Assembly (NCBI GenBank): GCA_012522795.1
Contig: JAAYJT010000057.1
Location: forward strand, 44,807-108,806
DNA length: 64,000 nucleotides
Direction of reading: 5' to 3'
Source of the DNA: Bacteroidales bacterium
GTDB lineage: Bacteria > Bacteroidota > Bacteroidia > Bacteroidales > JAAYJT01
The notes under the pieces are model-generated. The model was not told where the DNA came from. It made no database searches and saw nothing but the letters and a program-made list of their open reading frames with translations. Of this stretch, positions 8,815 through 18,898 are shown piece by piece. The position numbers and the translations under genes were made by a program. Numbering within the stretch: position 1 is the stretch's first letter; the number at the start of each line of letters is the position of its first letter.

Positions 8815-9420
8815 TCAGGGTGAGTTAAACAAATCAGTAGGCTCACCATATTTATTTCTGAACACAAAAGTATCAAAATTATTACGAACCCGGTCAGATT
8901 TTTCAAGACGCTGTAAATTAGGATGCAATTTTGAAGGATCGCCATAAGTGCCAATAGTGAACACTGTCAGAGGTTCTACGGAATCGGGCAATTCAAAATA
9001 CTCTCTTATTTTATCTTTGTCGAATCCAGCCATCTGATGAACAAACAATCCTTCAGCTTCAGCCTGAACGGTAAGTATTGCTACCGACTGACCAACGTCA
9101 TAAAGAGCAATTGTTCCGGCTTTTCCTGTTTTAGGACTAATGGTTTCAGCACTTGCCAGAACCAGTACAGGAGCTTCTCCTGCCCATAACTGGTTGAACT
9201 CCGTAAGTGTGTTAAATATTTTCTGAAAAGTTTCGTCGCCTTTGAAACCAATTATGTAGCGCCATTCCTGATCGTTTGAACTGGATGGAGCCCAGCGGGA
9301 GGCTTCAAAAATACGCTGAAGCTTATCAACAGGGATCTCTTTTGATGAAAAAGCGCGTGGACTCCAGCGCTCCAATAATAAAGAATGAATATCGTATTTT
9401 ACAGGTGCTGTTTTTCTCAT
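8815..9420 (-). CDS. Nitroreductase-family protein
   Basis: LLERWSPRAFSSKEIP...ASRWAPSSSNDQEW is the classic nitroreductase N-terminal signature. The start is taken at the ATG at 9420 (MRKTAPV). Confidence 0.8.
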   Translation of the reverse strand: MRKTAPVKYDIHSLLLERWSPRAFSSKEIPVDKLQRIFEASRWAPSSSNDQEWRYIIGFKGDETFQKIFNTLTEFNQLWAGEAPVLVLASAETISPKTGKAGTIALYDVGQSVAILTVQAEAEGLFVHQMAGFDKDKIREYFELPDSVEPLTVFTIGTYGDPSKLHPNLQRLEKSDRVRNNFDTFVFRNKYGEPTDLFNSP

Positions 9421-9847
9421 TTTGTATAAAAAATTATGAATTATCCTAAACAACAATGTAATGGAATAGGTTCAATAAAATGAAAAATAATTTCGTTATT
9501 ATAATAAGATATTGAATTAGACCGGTTTACAAAAATTCTATATTTGTTTATCAAAACTTAAACAAAGAATTTTTAATGGCTGGAGTGTTTTATTAATATT
9601 CAAATAGCTGCAAAGTCCACTTTTCCTTCTTAAATTAGTGATGAAATTATCTCAATTAATTAGTTATCTGATAGTTAAAAAAACATAACCTTTCAGAATT
9701 AATACAGATCTGTTTTTTTTACTTTAAAAAGACATCTGTATTGATTATCTGAAATGCCTAAACTGGCGCACATGAACAACATCTTAATGGATTATTAATA
9801 AATTTGTCAAAACAAATTCATGCAATCATTGAATTAATCACCAGTGT

Positions 9848-12073
9848 ATGAGGCACTTAATAATTACTACTTTATTACTCACAATTTTATTTTCCTGTTC
9901 GCAATCAAAACACAAAGCCATTCACTTAGTGAAGAATGGTAAAAGCGAATATCATATCATTATTCCCGAAAACGCCACAACTGAGGAAAAAAGAGCTGCT
10001 GAGCTTTTTAATAAATATGTTAAAGAGATCTCCGGATGCGATTTACCTGTGATAGCATCAAATGATCCGGAAAACGATTTAATTATATCCATCAGCAAAA
10101 GCGAGACTATTGAAAGTGCAGATGGTTTTTCAATTAAGACCGAAGGATCAAAACTAATAATCACAGGTGGCAGTGCCCGGGGATGTATTTATGGAGTAAC
10201 TGAAATTATTGAAAACCACCTGGAAGTGAAATATTTAAGTCCTGAATTTATTGTGATACCAAAATCAAAGAACATTACTCTCCCGGCAATATATTTTAGC
10301 GATTCATCACCCAATACATATCGCAACGTTCCGAGAAAATTCACTGAAGACCCCGATTACAAGGATTTTAATCGCCTGCATCATATCAACGATATGTTTG
10401 CTAAGAATTATTATGTACACACTTTCAATAGGTTACTGCCCTGGCAGGAGTATTTCAAATCACATCCTAAATATTTTGCCTTCATGAATGGCAAACGAAT
10501 CATTGATCAGCCCTGCCTTACCAATCCCGATGTTTTTGATATAGTGATAAAGAAGCTTGAAGATGAAATGAAATTACAGCCCGAAAAACTGGTTTGGTCA
10601 GTAAGTCAGAACGATAATTTCTCATACTGCCAGTGTGATAATTGCAAAAAGGTCATTGATAAGGAAAAAAGCGCCGCCGGCCCTGTTATTCATTTTGTTA
10701 ATCGCGTAGCAGAACATTTTCCTGATAAAATAATCTCAACTTTAGCATATCAGTACAGCCGTCAGGCACCAGTTATTACAAAACCACATGAAAATGTTCA
10801 GGTAATGCTTTGCACCATTGAACTTAACCGGAGCAAACCCATTACTGAGGATCCTACAAGCATTTCTTTTCTAAAAGACATGGAAGACTGGGGTAAAATA
10901 TGCGATCATATTTATTTATGGGACTATACTGTTGATTTTGCGCATAGTATAAGTCCATTCCCGAACCTTCATGTGTTAAAACCTAATATTCAACTCTTTG
11001 TATCAAATAATGTTAAAGAACATTTTCAGCAATCGAATACAGGGGTCGGGCATGAATTTTCAGAATTGAAATCATACTTGCTTTCCAGGCTTTTATGGAA
11101 TCCTGAAGCTGACGATCAGAAAATAATCGCTGAATTCACTGATGCTTTTTATGCTGATGCAGCACCCTGGATACGAAAATATATAAGCCATATGCAGCAG
11201 GAGATTTTAAAAACCGGCGAATGGCTTGAAATATACGGTCCTCCTAATAACCATCAACACACATTTTTATCTGCTGAGAATATTGAAAAGTATAATTTTT
11301 ATTTCAATGAAGCTGAAAAATCTGTTGCTGATAAACCTGAGTTCCTTCTTCATGTTCGCACAGCACGTATGCCACTGCAGTATGCATTGATGGAAATTGG
11401 TAAAAATGATATGTATGGACCACGAGGCTGGTATCGTGAAGAAAACGGCGAATTCATTCCCAGACAGGATATGCTGAATATACTTGAATCATTTTATCAA
11501 ACCAGTGAGGATTGTAATTCCGAAAACCTGAACGAATCAGGGCTTACTCCTGAACAATATTATAATTCCACCAAAAGATTCATTGACATTCAGGTAAAAG
11601 GCAATTTTGCTTTCCGGAAAAAGGTTACTGCCAAACCAGCTCCTGCTGAAAAATACAGCGATGGCAACCTTGCTTTGCTTACCAACGGAGTTCGTGGCGC
11701 CAATGATTACAAAGTCCACTGGCTGGGTTGGGAATCTCAGGATTTCTCGCTTGTAATTGATCTTGAGGAAATTATTCAGGCTGAAAGTATCGAAATCAGT
11801 ACTTTGTACGATCCCAAAAGCTGGATTCTTCATCCCAAGGCTATTACATGTCTGGTTTCTGATAATGATCTGGATTTTGATCTGATTAAAAAACAAACAG
11901 TTGAAGGTGATCAGCGTGAAGAAGAGATCAACAGATTGTTTTCGTTCCATCCAAAGAATAAAAAATTCAGATATGTTAGATTTGATGTGGAAGGAACGTT
12001 AAGGTTGTTCGACTGGCATCCTTCGGCTGGCAGCGATTCATGGGTATTTGTTGATGAAATCATTATTAAATAA
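9848..12073 (+). CDS. Secreted lipoprotein, putative glycoside hydrolase (DUF4838-like core) with a C-terminal F5/8 type C (discoidin) carbohydrate-binding domain
   Basis: Lipobox LFSCSQ. The central pattern QPCLTNP...SVSQNDNFSYCQCDNC...TLAYQYS...WDYTVDF...PFPN...LLWNP matches what I remember of DUF4838. The last ~150 aa (LTNGVRGANDYKVHWLGW...) look discoidin-like. It lies next to a GH29 fucosidase. Confidence 0.6.
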   Translation: MRHLIITTLLLTILFSCSQSKHKAIHLVKNGKSEYHIIIPENATTEEKRAAELFNKYVKEISGCDLPVIASNDPENDLIISISKSETIESADGFSIKTEGSKLIITGGSARGCIYGVTEIIENHLEVKYLSPEFIVIPKSKNITLPAIYFSDSSPNTYRNVPRKFTEDPDYKDFNRLHHINDMFAKNYYVHTFNRLLPWQEYFKSHPKYFAFMNGKRIIDQPCLTNPDVFDIVIKKLEDEMKLQPEKLVWSVSQNDNFSYCQCDNCKKVIDKEKSAAGPVIHFVNRVAEHFPDKIISTLAYQYSRQAPVITKPHENVQVMLCTIELNRSKPITEDPTSISFLKDMEDWGKICDHIYLWDYTVDFAHSISPFPNLHVLKPNIQLFVSNNVKEHFQQSNTGVGHEFSELKSYLLSRLLWNPEADDQKIIAEFTDAFYADAAPWIRKYISHMQQEILKTGEWLEIYGPPNNHQHTFLSAENIEKYNFYFNEAEKSVADKPEFLLHVRTARMPLQYALMEIGKNDMYGPRGWYREENGEFIPRQDMLNILESFYQTSEDCNSENLNESGLTPEQYYNSTKRFIDIQVKGNFAFRKKVTAKPAPAEKYSDGNLALLTNGVRGANDYKVHWLGWESQDFSLVIDLEEIIQAESIEISTLYDPKSWILHPKAITCLVSDNDLDFDLIKKQTVEGDQREEEINRLFSFHPKNKKFRYVRFDVEGTLRLFDWHPSAGSDSWVFVDEIIIK

Positions 12074-12091
12074 TAATATAACTAATTTATT

Positions 12092-13552
12092 ATGAGCACT
12101 TTAAAATCATATTTTCTCCTGATCAGCATTTTAATTTTCTCTTTTAATGGTTTTTCACAACACAATATTGACACTGAAATTAGTTATCAGTGGCCTTCCG
12201 ACCCTGCTACAAGTGAGAAACTACATCAATGGCAGGACTGGAAATTTGGTGTAATAATTCATTGGGGTCCCTATAGTGAATGGGGTGTAGTTGAAAGCTG
12301 GAGTTTATGTCCTGAAGATGAACCCTGGTGCAAGCGTACAGGACCTTTTTCAGATAATTATTATACATACGTAAGTGCTTATGAAAAGTTAAGAGAAACC
12401 TTTAACCCTACTGGTTTCGACCCGGATTGCTGGGCTGAGGCATGCAGAAAGGCGGGAATGAAATACGTGGTTTTCACTACTAAACATCATGACGGATTTT
12501 GTATGTTCGACAGTAAATACACAGATTATAAGATCACCGATCAGGGCAGTAAATTTTCAAAGAATCCTAAAAGCAATATTGCAAAAGAAGTTTTTAATGC
12601 TTTCAGAGAAAAAGGATTGGCAACAGGTGTGTATTTCAGCAAACCCGATTGGCATAATAATGATTACTGGTGGCAATATTTCCCTGTTTTCAACCGCAAT
12701 GTGAATTATGATCCAAAAAAATATCCTGACAAATGGGAAAACTACAAAAAATTCACTTTCAATCAGTTAGAAGAACTCATGACCGATTATGGGACTGTGG
12801 ATATTCTCTGGCTCGATGGCGGTTGGGTCCGACCCGATAATTCACTTACAAAAGAAACAAGACCATGGTTGGGAAAAAATCAATGGATACAGGATATTAA
12901 CATGCAGGCAATTGCTTCAATGGCAAGGCTTCATCAGCCGGGTTTACTGATAGTTGACCGTACCGTATATGGTGAATTTGAAAACTACAGAACGCCTGAA
13001 CAGCAAATACCTGTAACCATACCTGCATATCCCTGGGAAAGCTGTATTACACTTGGTGACAACTGGTATTCAACCAGCCCTGCCGAGCATTATAAATCAG
13101 TAAATTGGGCAATTCACACATTAATAAAGATCATTGCAAAAGGCGGAAACTTTCTGCTTGGCATTGGACCTGACAAAACCGGCAATTTCGTTCCGGAAGT
13201 TTACAAAAGGCTTGACCAGATCGGGAAGTGGATGGATATAAATTCACAGTCAATCTACGGAACCAGGCCATTACCTCCTTATGACCTGGGAAAGATATAT
13301 TTCTCACAAACAAAAGACGGAGAGTACGCTTATGCTTTTTATCTGATAGACGAAAATGATCCATTTCCGGTTTCGGTTGAATTGCCGGATATCTTTGCCG
13401 ATAATCATAAAACTGTAAAACTACTGGGTCATGATAAAAATCTGCCACTTCAAAGAAAAAGCGGAATTACAAAAGTTATGATCCCGGAATCCTTTATCAA
13501 AACATACAGCGACACACCGGCTTTGGTCTTTAAGCTCAGGAACCAGAAATAA
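12092..13552 (+). CDS. Alpha-L-fucosidase (GH29)
   Basis: Signal peptide, WFQDWKFG-type start (WQDWKFGVIIHWGPYS), TKHHDGFCMFDSKYTDY and LWLDGGW motifs characteristic of GH29. Confidence 0.9.
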   Translation: MSTLKSYFLLISILIFSFNGFSQHNIDTEISYQWPSDPATSEKLHQWQDWKFGVIIHWGPYSEWGVVESWSLCPEDEPWCKRTGPFSDNYYTYVSAYEKLRETFNPTGFDPDCWAEACRKAGMKYVVFTTKHHDGFCMFDSKYTDYKITDQGSKFSKNPKSNIAKEVFNAFREKGLATGVYFSKPDWHNNDYWWQYFPVFNRNVNYDPKKYPDKWENYKKFTFNQLEELMTDYGTVDILWLDGGWVRPDNSLTKETRPWLGKNQWIQDINMQAIASMARLHQPGLLIVDRTVYGEFENYRTPEQQIPVTIPAYPWESCITLGDNWYSTSPAEHYKSVNWAIHTLIKIIAKGGNFLLGIGPDKTGNFVPEVYKRLDQIGKWMDINSQSIYGTRPLPPYDLGKIYFSQTKDGEYAYAFYLIDENDPFPVSVELPDIFADNHKTVKLLGHDKNLPLQRKSGITKVMIPESFIKTYSDTPALVFKLRNQK

Positions 13553-13676
13553 GTTTCATTATGTTCTTAGCAGAAAAGGTTCGTACTAATAATAAATTTC
13601 AGATCCGTTAAGAAAACGAAATTTGATTAATTTTACCGCTTGGCAAAACTTTTAATCCAATTTTAAAATCACTGAT

Positions 13677-14294
13677 ATGAGCTATAATAATGATGAAACT
13701 GTGAACTGTGCCGGTTGCACAACCTATCCTTGTTACAAAGGTGAAGACTGTATTCGCGGACAAAATTTTGATAAATATCGGGAAGCTATAGCCAAAGAAT
13801 ACGAAAAACCGGAAAACAAAAAGATTCTTGAGGCTTCATCGCATATTGAGGTTGAGCATTACATGCAATGGAACCGGCTTGAAGAGATCATAGGGTTTGC
13901 CAAACAGATGGGGTATAAAAAATTAGGTATTGCTCATTGTGTAGGTTTGATAAATGAAGCCAAGGTGCTTAAAGATATTCTTGATCAGTCATTTATAGTT
14001 TGTAGTATCTGTTGTAAATTTTCAGGCACCTCAAAAAAAGAATATGATCTGACTCAAATACGTGAAAATAATTTTGAAACAATGTGCAACCCTGTTGGTC
14101 AGGCAATTGTGCTTAACGAACTTAAAACAGACCTTAACCTCATTGTAGGATTATGTATTGGGCATGATATACTTTTCACGCAAAATTCAAAAGCTCCTGT
14201 AACCACTTTTATTGTAAAAGATAGGATAACAGGTCATAATCCAGCTGCAATTATTTATTCTAATTATTCCAAAAGAAAGCTAATAAATAAATGA
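13677..14294 (+). CDS. Cys-rich putative metal-binding protein (DUF1847-like)
   Basis: The N-terminal cluster CAGCTTYPCYKGEDC and further conserved Cys residues (AHCVG, CSICC, GLCIGHD), in about 205 aa, fit my recollection of DUF1847. Function is unknown. Confidence 0.45.
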   Translation: MSYNNDETVNCAGCTTYPCYKGEDCIRGQNFDKYREAIAKEYEKPENKKILEASSHIEVEHYMQWNRLEEIIGFAKQMGYKKLGIAHCVGLINEAKVLKDILDQSFIVCSICCKFSGTSKKEYDLTQIRENNFETMCNPVGQAIVLNELKTDLNLIVGLCIGHDILFTQNSKAPVTTFIVKDRITGHNPAAIIYSNYSKRKLINK

Positions 14295-14357
14295 GTCAGC
14301 TGTCAGATTAAAAAAGTATGATAAGTCCGGAATGATTATGACTTTTTCGTATTCAAA

Positions 14358-15515
14358 TCAAATTTCTCTGAAAACATCCTGTATTTCTTTATAGGATAAT
14401 ACTGTTATTTCATTGCTTCTAACTTGCGTCATATCACCTCCGTACACAACATAGCCGCCATGCGAATTGCTTATTTTGTTCCAGAACAAAACTCCTTTGA
14501 AATAGTCGTTCGTTACTGTTTGTCCCGACTTTATCTCAACAGGTAAAAGACGATCCCCCTGTTTTAACAGCAAATCAATTTCGTTGCCAACATTGTCGCG
14601 CCAGAAAAAAAGGTGGTGTTGCTTTGCTTTGTTGTAACGCTTTTTAAGAAACTCCAGGATGACCATGTTCTCAAAAATAGCCCCTCTGAATGGATGAAAG
14701 TCTAGTTGTGCCGGATTTTCGATACCTAAAAGTGCTGTAGCAAGTCCTGTGTCATAAAAATAGAGTTTCGGCATTTTTACAATACGTTTATTAAAATTTT
14801 CGTGCCAGGGTTGCAATCTGAAAAGGATAAAACCTGTTTCCAGAACACTAAGCCAAGTACCAATGGTTTTAACATCTACTCCGGTTTCAACTGCAAGACT
14901 GCTCATATTAAGTAATTGTCCGATACGACCGGCGCAAAGTCTGAGAAAACGCTCAAATGCAGAAAGGTCGGTAATATTTTTTATAAGCCTCACATCGCAT
15001 TCAACATAGGTTCTGATATAATTGGAATACCAGACCGTAAGGTCAACATCCTGACTATAAAGTACCGGATAGCCACCTTTGAACATCAACTGATTGCTGT
15101 TGATTTGTTTGTCATTGATTTCACCTAAAGAAAGAGGCAATAAGTTAAGATAGCCAACCCGTCCGGAAAGACTTTGTGAGATGCTTTCCTGAAGCAGGAA
15201 ATTATTCGAACCCGTTAGAATAAACATACCTTTCACGGGTGATTCATCCAGAATTTGCTGCAAATAAGAGAATAGCTCCGGTACGCGTTGTATTTCATCC
15301 AGTACAGCTCCAAAAGGATAATTTGATAAAAACCCTCTGGGATCATCAGTTGCAAACATGCGTAAATCGGGATTTTCGAGATTTGCATATGGTTTATCAC
15401 TGAATATATGCCTGACAAGGGTGGTCTTGCCTGATTGCCACGGTCCAATAATAGCCACAGCTTTAAACTGTTTCGCCAGTGACCTGATTTCAATTTCTGC
15501 TTCTCTTTTTATCAT
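14358..15515 (-). CDS. AAA+ ATPase with a C-terminal PD-(D/E)xK-like domain (AAA_14 + DUF4143 architecture, COG1373-like)
   Basis: Walker A GPWQSGKTT and Walker B VLDEIQ. The C-terminal FWRDNVGNEIDLLLKQGDRLLPVEIKSG gives a D...E-x-K nuclease-like motif. The start is taken at the ATG at 15515 (MIKREAE). Confidence 0.8.
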   Translation of the reverse strand: MIKREAEIEIRSLAKQFKAVAIIGPWQSGKTTLVRHIFSDKPYANLENPDLRMFATDDPRGFLSNYPFGAVLDEIQRVPELFSYLQQILDESPVKGMFILTGSNNFLLQESISQSLSGRVGYLNLLPLSLGEINDKQINSNQLMFKGGYPVLYSQDVDLTVWYSNYIRTYVECDVRLIKNITDLSAFERFLRLCAGRIGQLLNMSSLAVETGVDVKTIGTWLSVLETGFILFRLQPWHENFNKRIVKMPKLYFYDTGLATALLGIENPAQLDFHPFRGAIFENMVILEFLKKRYNKAKQHHLFFWRDNVGNEIDLLLKQGDRLLPVEIKSGQTVTNDYFKGVLFWNKISNSHGGYVVYGGDMTQVRSNEITVLSYKEIQDVFREI

Positions 15516-15635
15516 AGCGCAAAATTGTAAGAAAAATAGTTTTCTATTACCGTATTTCGTGGAAGAGAATGGCATTAAAAATTAATTGGATATGAATGTA
15601 GTTAATGCGGGTTTGAAGTAATAAACACATCAAAA

Positions 15636-16151
15636 TCAGAACTCTATACCTTTTCTTGCTTCAACGCCATTATTATAATAATGCTTTATTTCTTTCATTT
15701 CGGTAACCAGATCAGCCATTTCAATTAATTCTGGCGGCGCATAGCGACCTGTGATCACGATTTCCATATCCTGAGGTCTGGCATTTATTACATCAGTTAA
15801 TTCTTTCAATGTAAAAAGCTTGTAATACAGTGCAATACATGCTTCATCGAGTATTAAAATATCATAAACGCCGGAATGAATTATTTCAGATATTTTCTTC
15901 AAACCTTCTCTTGCAATCCTGATATCTTCATCCTCAGGCGCATGCATAATAAAACAATCGCGACCAAACTGCTCCAGCACTATTTGTGGTTCAAATCGTT
16001 TTAAGGATTCAATCTCGGAATAGTGCATCCCTTTTACAAACTGAGCTATAAATACACTTTTGCCTGCGCCTGCTGCACGTATTGCAAGTCCGATAGCAGC
16101 AGTGGTTTTACCTTTGCCATTCCCTGTATATACATGAATATAACCTGACAT
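15636..16151 (-). CDS. cobO: Cob(I)yrinic acid a,c-diamide adenosyltransferase (corrinoid adenosyltransferase)
   Basis: HVYTGNGKGKTTAAIGLAIRAAGAG...IAQFVKG and ILDE..., in 171 aa, are typical of CobO/BtuR. Confidence 0.9.
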   Translation of the reverse strand: MSGYIHVYTGNGKGKTTAAIGLAIRAAGAGKSVFIAQFVKGMHYSEIESLKRFEPQIVLEQFGRDCFIMHAPEDEDIRIAREGLKKISEIIHSGVYDILILDEACIALYYKLFTLKELTDVINARPQDMEIVITGRYAPPELIEMADLVTEMKEIKHYYNNGVEARKGIEF

Positions 16152-16310
16152 TTTGAATCGGTTTTTATAAAAATATAAAGTTAACTACTAAATGTTTATG
16201 AATTACTATCCCGTAAAGGATATTCCAATCTCAGAACAGTTTCAGCTTCCTATTCAGGATTATCAGAGAGTGTTTCAACATGAGCCTAAGGCACATTATA
16301 CGCCTTAGTA

Positions 16311-17117
16311 TCAGCTATTTGCAAACTTAACTCGTTTTAATATAGCTTCCGAGATCTGATCGAAGGCTTTAATAACACTAACATCAGTCTGATTGAAAAT
16401 ACTAAGTCCTTTTTCAGCAGTTTCGCCTACTTCCTGCACCAATGGGATTTGACCTACAAGTTCAGTATTTAATTCCTGAGCCAGGATCTTTCCACCGCCT
16501 TTACCAAAAATGAAATACTGTTCATCAGGATGCTTAGCCGGTGTGAACCACGACATATTTTCAACAACCCCCAGTATAGGCACCCCTATATCATGATGCA
16601 CAAATAATGAAGCGGCTTTACGTGCGTCGTTCAGGGCAATTTCCTGAGGAGTAGTAACAATGAGCGCTCCTGTCAGATCAAGTTTCTGGATTGTAGTTAG
16701 CTGTATATCTCCGGTTCCGGGCGGATAGTCAATAATCATAATATCAATTTCACCCCATACAGTATTCTCAACAAGTTGTGTTATTGCGCTTGCAGCCATA
16801 GGCCCGCGCCATATAAGAGGCTGGTTCTGAGTAATGAAAAATCCAATTGACATGATCTTTACACCAAACCGCTCCACAGGATTCATCATTTCTTTTCCAT
16901 TCTCAGTATAAACTTCAGGCTTATAATCTTCAATACCAAACATTCGGGGTATTGATGGCCCGTAAATATCACCATCAACCAAAGCGACTTTTAAACCGTT
17001 TCGCGCCAACGAAATAGCCAGATTAACTGATACTGTGGATTTTCCAACTCCTCCTTTACCGGAAGCTATTACTACTACGTTTTTAATGTTGTCAAGCTTA
17101 ATTTTTTCAATTTCCAT
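16311..17117 (-). CDS. Mrp/NBP35-family Fe-S cluster carrier ATPase (ApbC-like)
   Basis: Deviant Walker A SGKGGVGKST, DGDIYGPSIPRMFG, and IIDYPPGTGD. The start is taken at the ATG at 17117 (MEIEKIKLD). It has no N-terminal DUF59 extension. Confidence 0.85.
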   Translation of the reverse strand: MEIEKIKLDNIKNVVVIASGKGGVGKSTVSVNLAISLARNGLKVALVDGDIYGPSIPRMFGIEDYKPEVYTENGKEMMNPVERFGVKIMSIGFFITQNQPLIWRGPMAASAITQLVENTVWGEIDIMIIDYPPGTGDIQLTTIQKLDLTGALIVTTPQEIALNDARKAASLFVHHDIGVPILGVVENMSWFTPAKHPDEQYFIFGKGGGKILAQELNTELVGQIPLVQEVGETAEKGLSIFNQTDVSVIKAFDQISEAILKRVKFANS

Positions 17118-17508
17118 ATTAATAACTATTAGCTTTAAATTCAATCATTTGTACACTTTCAAAAAGTCAAAACACTTAAACATTGTCAAATAAATGAAAA
17201 TTTCAATGATCAACTATCATTTTGAAAGCTCAGATATAGGGACAATGTTCAGATGAGGCAAACCTTAAGGTATAATTCTGAAAAACTCCTCTGCAAATAT
17301 ATTGGTACTTATTGACATGATAAATTTTTAAGCTTATTAAAATTATCAAAATACTCCTTAGATCCTTGTCTTTTCTGCTGAAAGTCCACTTTTGACTTAT
17401 CCATGTTCTCACATTATGTTTCTCATGTCCTTATTTAAACTTGATATAAATTATTGTTCAATGTGTTAAATTAATGTTAAATATTCAAATTAAACTCTTT
17501 TAATTATG

Positions 17509-17516
17509 TAATTTTG
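17509..17516 (+). promoter_or_regulatory. Candidate Bacteroidota -7 promoter box (TAnnTTTG) for the oxidoreductase operon
   Basis: TAATTTTG lies 44 bp upstream of the ATG at 17560. I saw no clear -33 TTTG at the canonical spacing. Confidence 0.3.
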
Positions 17517-17559
17517 CCACAATATTATAAAGTACTTAATAACTAACACAACTCATAGT

Positions 17560-17781
17560 ATGGCAAAAGTTATAGGCGATATTGTCATTGACATTGAACG
17601 CTGCAAAGGGTGCGAGGTTTGTATTCCCGCCTGCCCCCATGATGTAATCGCGCTCGCCAAAAATGTGAACGGAAAGGGATATCATTATGCTGAAACAATT
17701 AACGATAAATGTACAGGTTGCGCCAATTGTGCCATTGTTTGCCCTGATGGTGTCATAACAGTTTATCGCGTAAAAATTTAA
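17560..17781 (+). CDS. 4Fe-4S dicluster ferredoxin subunit (delta) of 2-oxoacid:ferredoxin oxidoreductase
   Basis: Two CxxCxxCxxxCP motifs (CKGCEVCIPACP and CTGCANCAIVCP) in 73 aa. It is the first gene of a four-gene operon. Confidence 0.8.
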   Translation: MAKVIGDIVIDIERCKGCEVCIPACPHDVIALAKNVNGKGYHYAETINDKCTGCANCAIVCPDGVITVYRVKI

Positions 17782-17800
17782 TTTCTGTTTAACTCAAAAT

Positions 17801-18895
17801 ATGTTAAGAATGAAAAAAGAGCTTAAACTTATGAAAGGGAACGAAGCCGTGGCAGAAGCTGCAATTCGCGTTGGTGCCGACGGTTATTTCGGATACCCTA
17901 TTACCCCTCAATCAGAAGTACTTGAATATCTGATGGCAGAAAAACCATACGAACGTACTGGTATGGTAGTATTACAGGCTGAAAGCGAAGTTGCCGCTAT
18001 TAATATGGTATATGGTGGCGCTGGTTGTGGGAAAATGGTTATGACTTCATCATCAAGCCCCGGTATCAGCCTTAAACAAGAAGGAATATCCTATATTGCA
18101 GGCGCTGAATTACCCTGCTTAATAGTTAATGTTGTTCGTGGAGGTCCGGGTCTTGGAACTATCCAGCCCTCACAATCCGATTATTTTCAGGCTGTTAAGG
18201 GTGGTGGGCATGGTGACTATAAACTGCTGGTTCTTGCTCCCGCATCGGTTCAGGAAATGGCTGATTTTACCACTCTTGGTTTTGAACTTGCATTTAAATA
18301 TCGCAACCCTGTTATGATACTTTCAGATGGTGCTATTGGGCAAATGATGGAAAAAGTAGAGTTGCCTGAACAAAAACCTCGCCGCACCGAAGAGCAGATC
18401 AGGGAACAATGCCCGTGGGCTACTCTTGGAAAACCCAAAAACAGAGAAAGGAACATTATTACTTCTCTTGAACTTGATTCATTAAAACAGGAGCAGGTTA
18501 ACCTTCGTATTCAGGCAAAATATGAAAGGATGAAAAAAGAAGAGGTTCGATACGAAGAAATCATGTGCGATGATGCTGAATACATTTTAATAGCTTTTGG
18601 TACCAGTGCACGTATTAGCCAGAAAGCCCTTCAGTTGGGTCGTGAAAAAGGAATCAAGGTCGGACTTCTTCGCCCTATTACTCTTTTTCCATTTCCTGAA
18701 GAAGCAATAGCAAAATTATCACAAAAAGTTAAAGGCATGCTTGTAGTTGAAATGAACGCAGGACAAATGATCGAAGATGTCAGGCTTTCAGTCTGCAATA
18801 GAACTAAAGTTGAACATTTTGGACGTTTCGGCGGTATCATTCCCAGTCCTACTGAAGTATTGCATGCATTGGAACAAAAATTAATCGGAGGATAA
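17801..18895 (+). CDS. korA: 2-oxoacid (2-oxoglutarate/2-ketoisovalerate):ferredoxin oxidoreductase alpha subunit
   Basis: MKGNEAVAEAAIRVGADGYFGYPITPQSEV is the typical POR/KOR alpha N-terminus. 364 aa. Confidence 0.85.
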   Translation: MLRMKKELKLMKGNEAVAEAAIRVGADGYFGYPITPQSEVLEYLMAEKPYERTGMVVLQAESEVAAINMVYGGAGCGKMVMTSSSSPGISLKQEGISYIAGAELPCLIVNVVRGGPGLGTIQPSQSDYFQAVKGGGHGDYKLLVLAPASVQEMADFTTLGFELAFKYRNPVMILSDGAIGQMMEKVELPEQKPRRTEEQIREQCPWATLGKPKNRERNIITSLELDSLKQEQVNLRIQAKYERMKKEEVRYEEIMCDDAEYILIAFGTSARISQKALQLGREKGIKVGLLRPITLFPFPEEAIAKLSQKVKGMLVVEMNAGQMIEDVRLSVCNRTKVEHFGRFGGIIPSPTEVLHALEQKLIGG

Positions 18896-18898
18896 AAG

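Noticed and set aside
8815-8954. Apparent 140-bp overlap between the M28 peptidase ORF and the nitroreductase ORF
   Set aside because: The overlap disappears when the internal ATG at 8801 is used. That start gives a sensible signal peptide and lipobox, and the upstream 51 codons are hydrophobic read-through of the neighbouring gene's 3' region.
9612-9624. Shared 12-mer AAGTCCACTTTT at ~9612 and ~17377, considered as a regulatory motif
   Set aside because: By my rough estimate, a 64-kb window is expected to contain many chance 12-mer pairs. No extended similarity surrounds the two sites.
13620-13660. TTGGCAAAACTTTTAA upstream of the DUF1847-like gene, considered as a sigma-54 (-24/-12) promoter
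   Set aside because: The GG and GC elements are not at the required 10-nt spacing, and the -12 TTGC is absent.
17230-17412. 60-aa ORF in the 415-bp region upstream of the oxidoreductase operon
   Set aside because: It has a Lys/Ile-rich low-complexity translation and no recognisable motif, and it sits in AT-rich promoter DNA. It is most likely non-coding.
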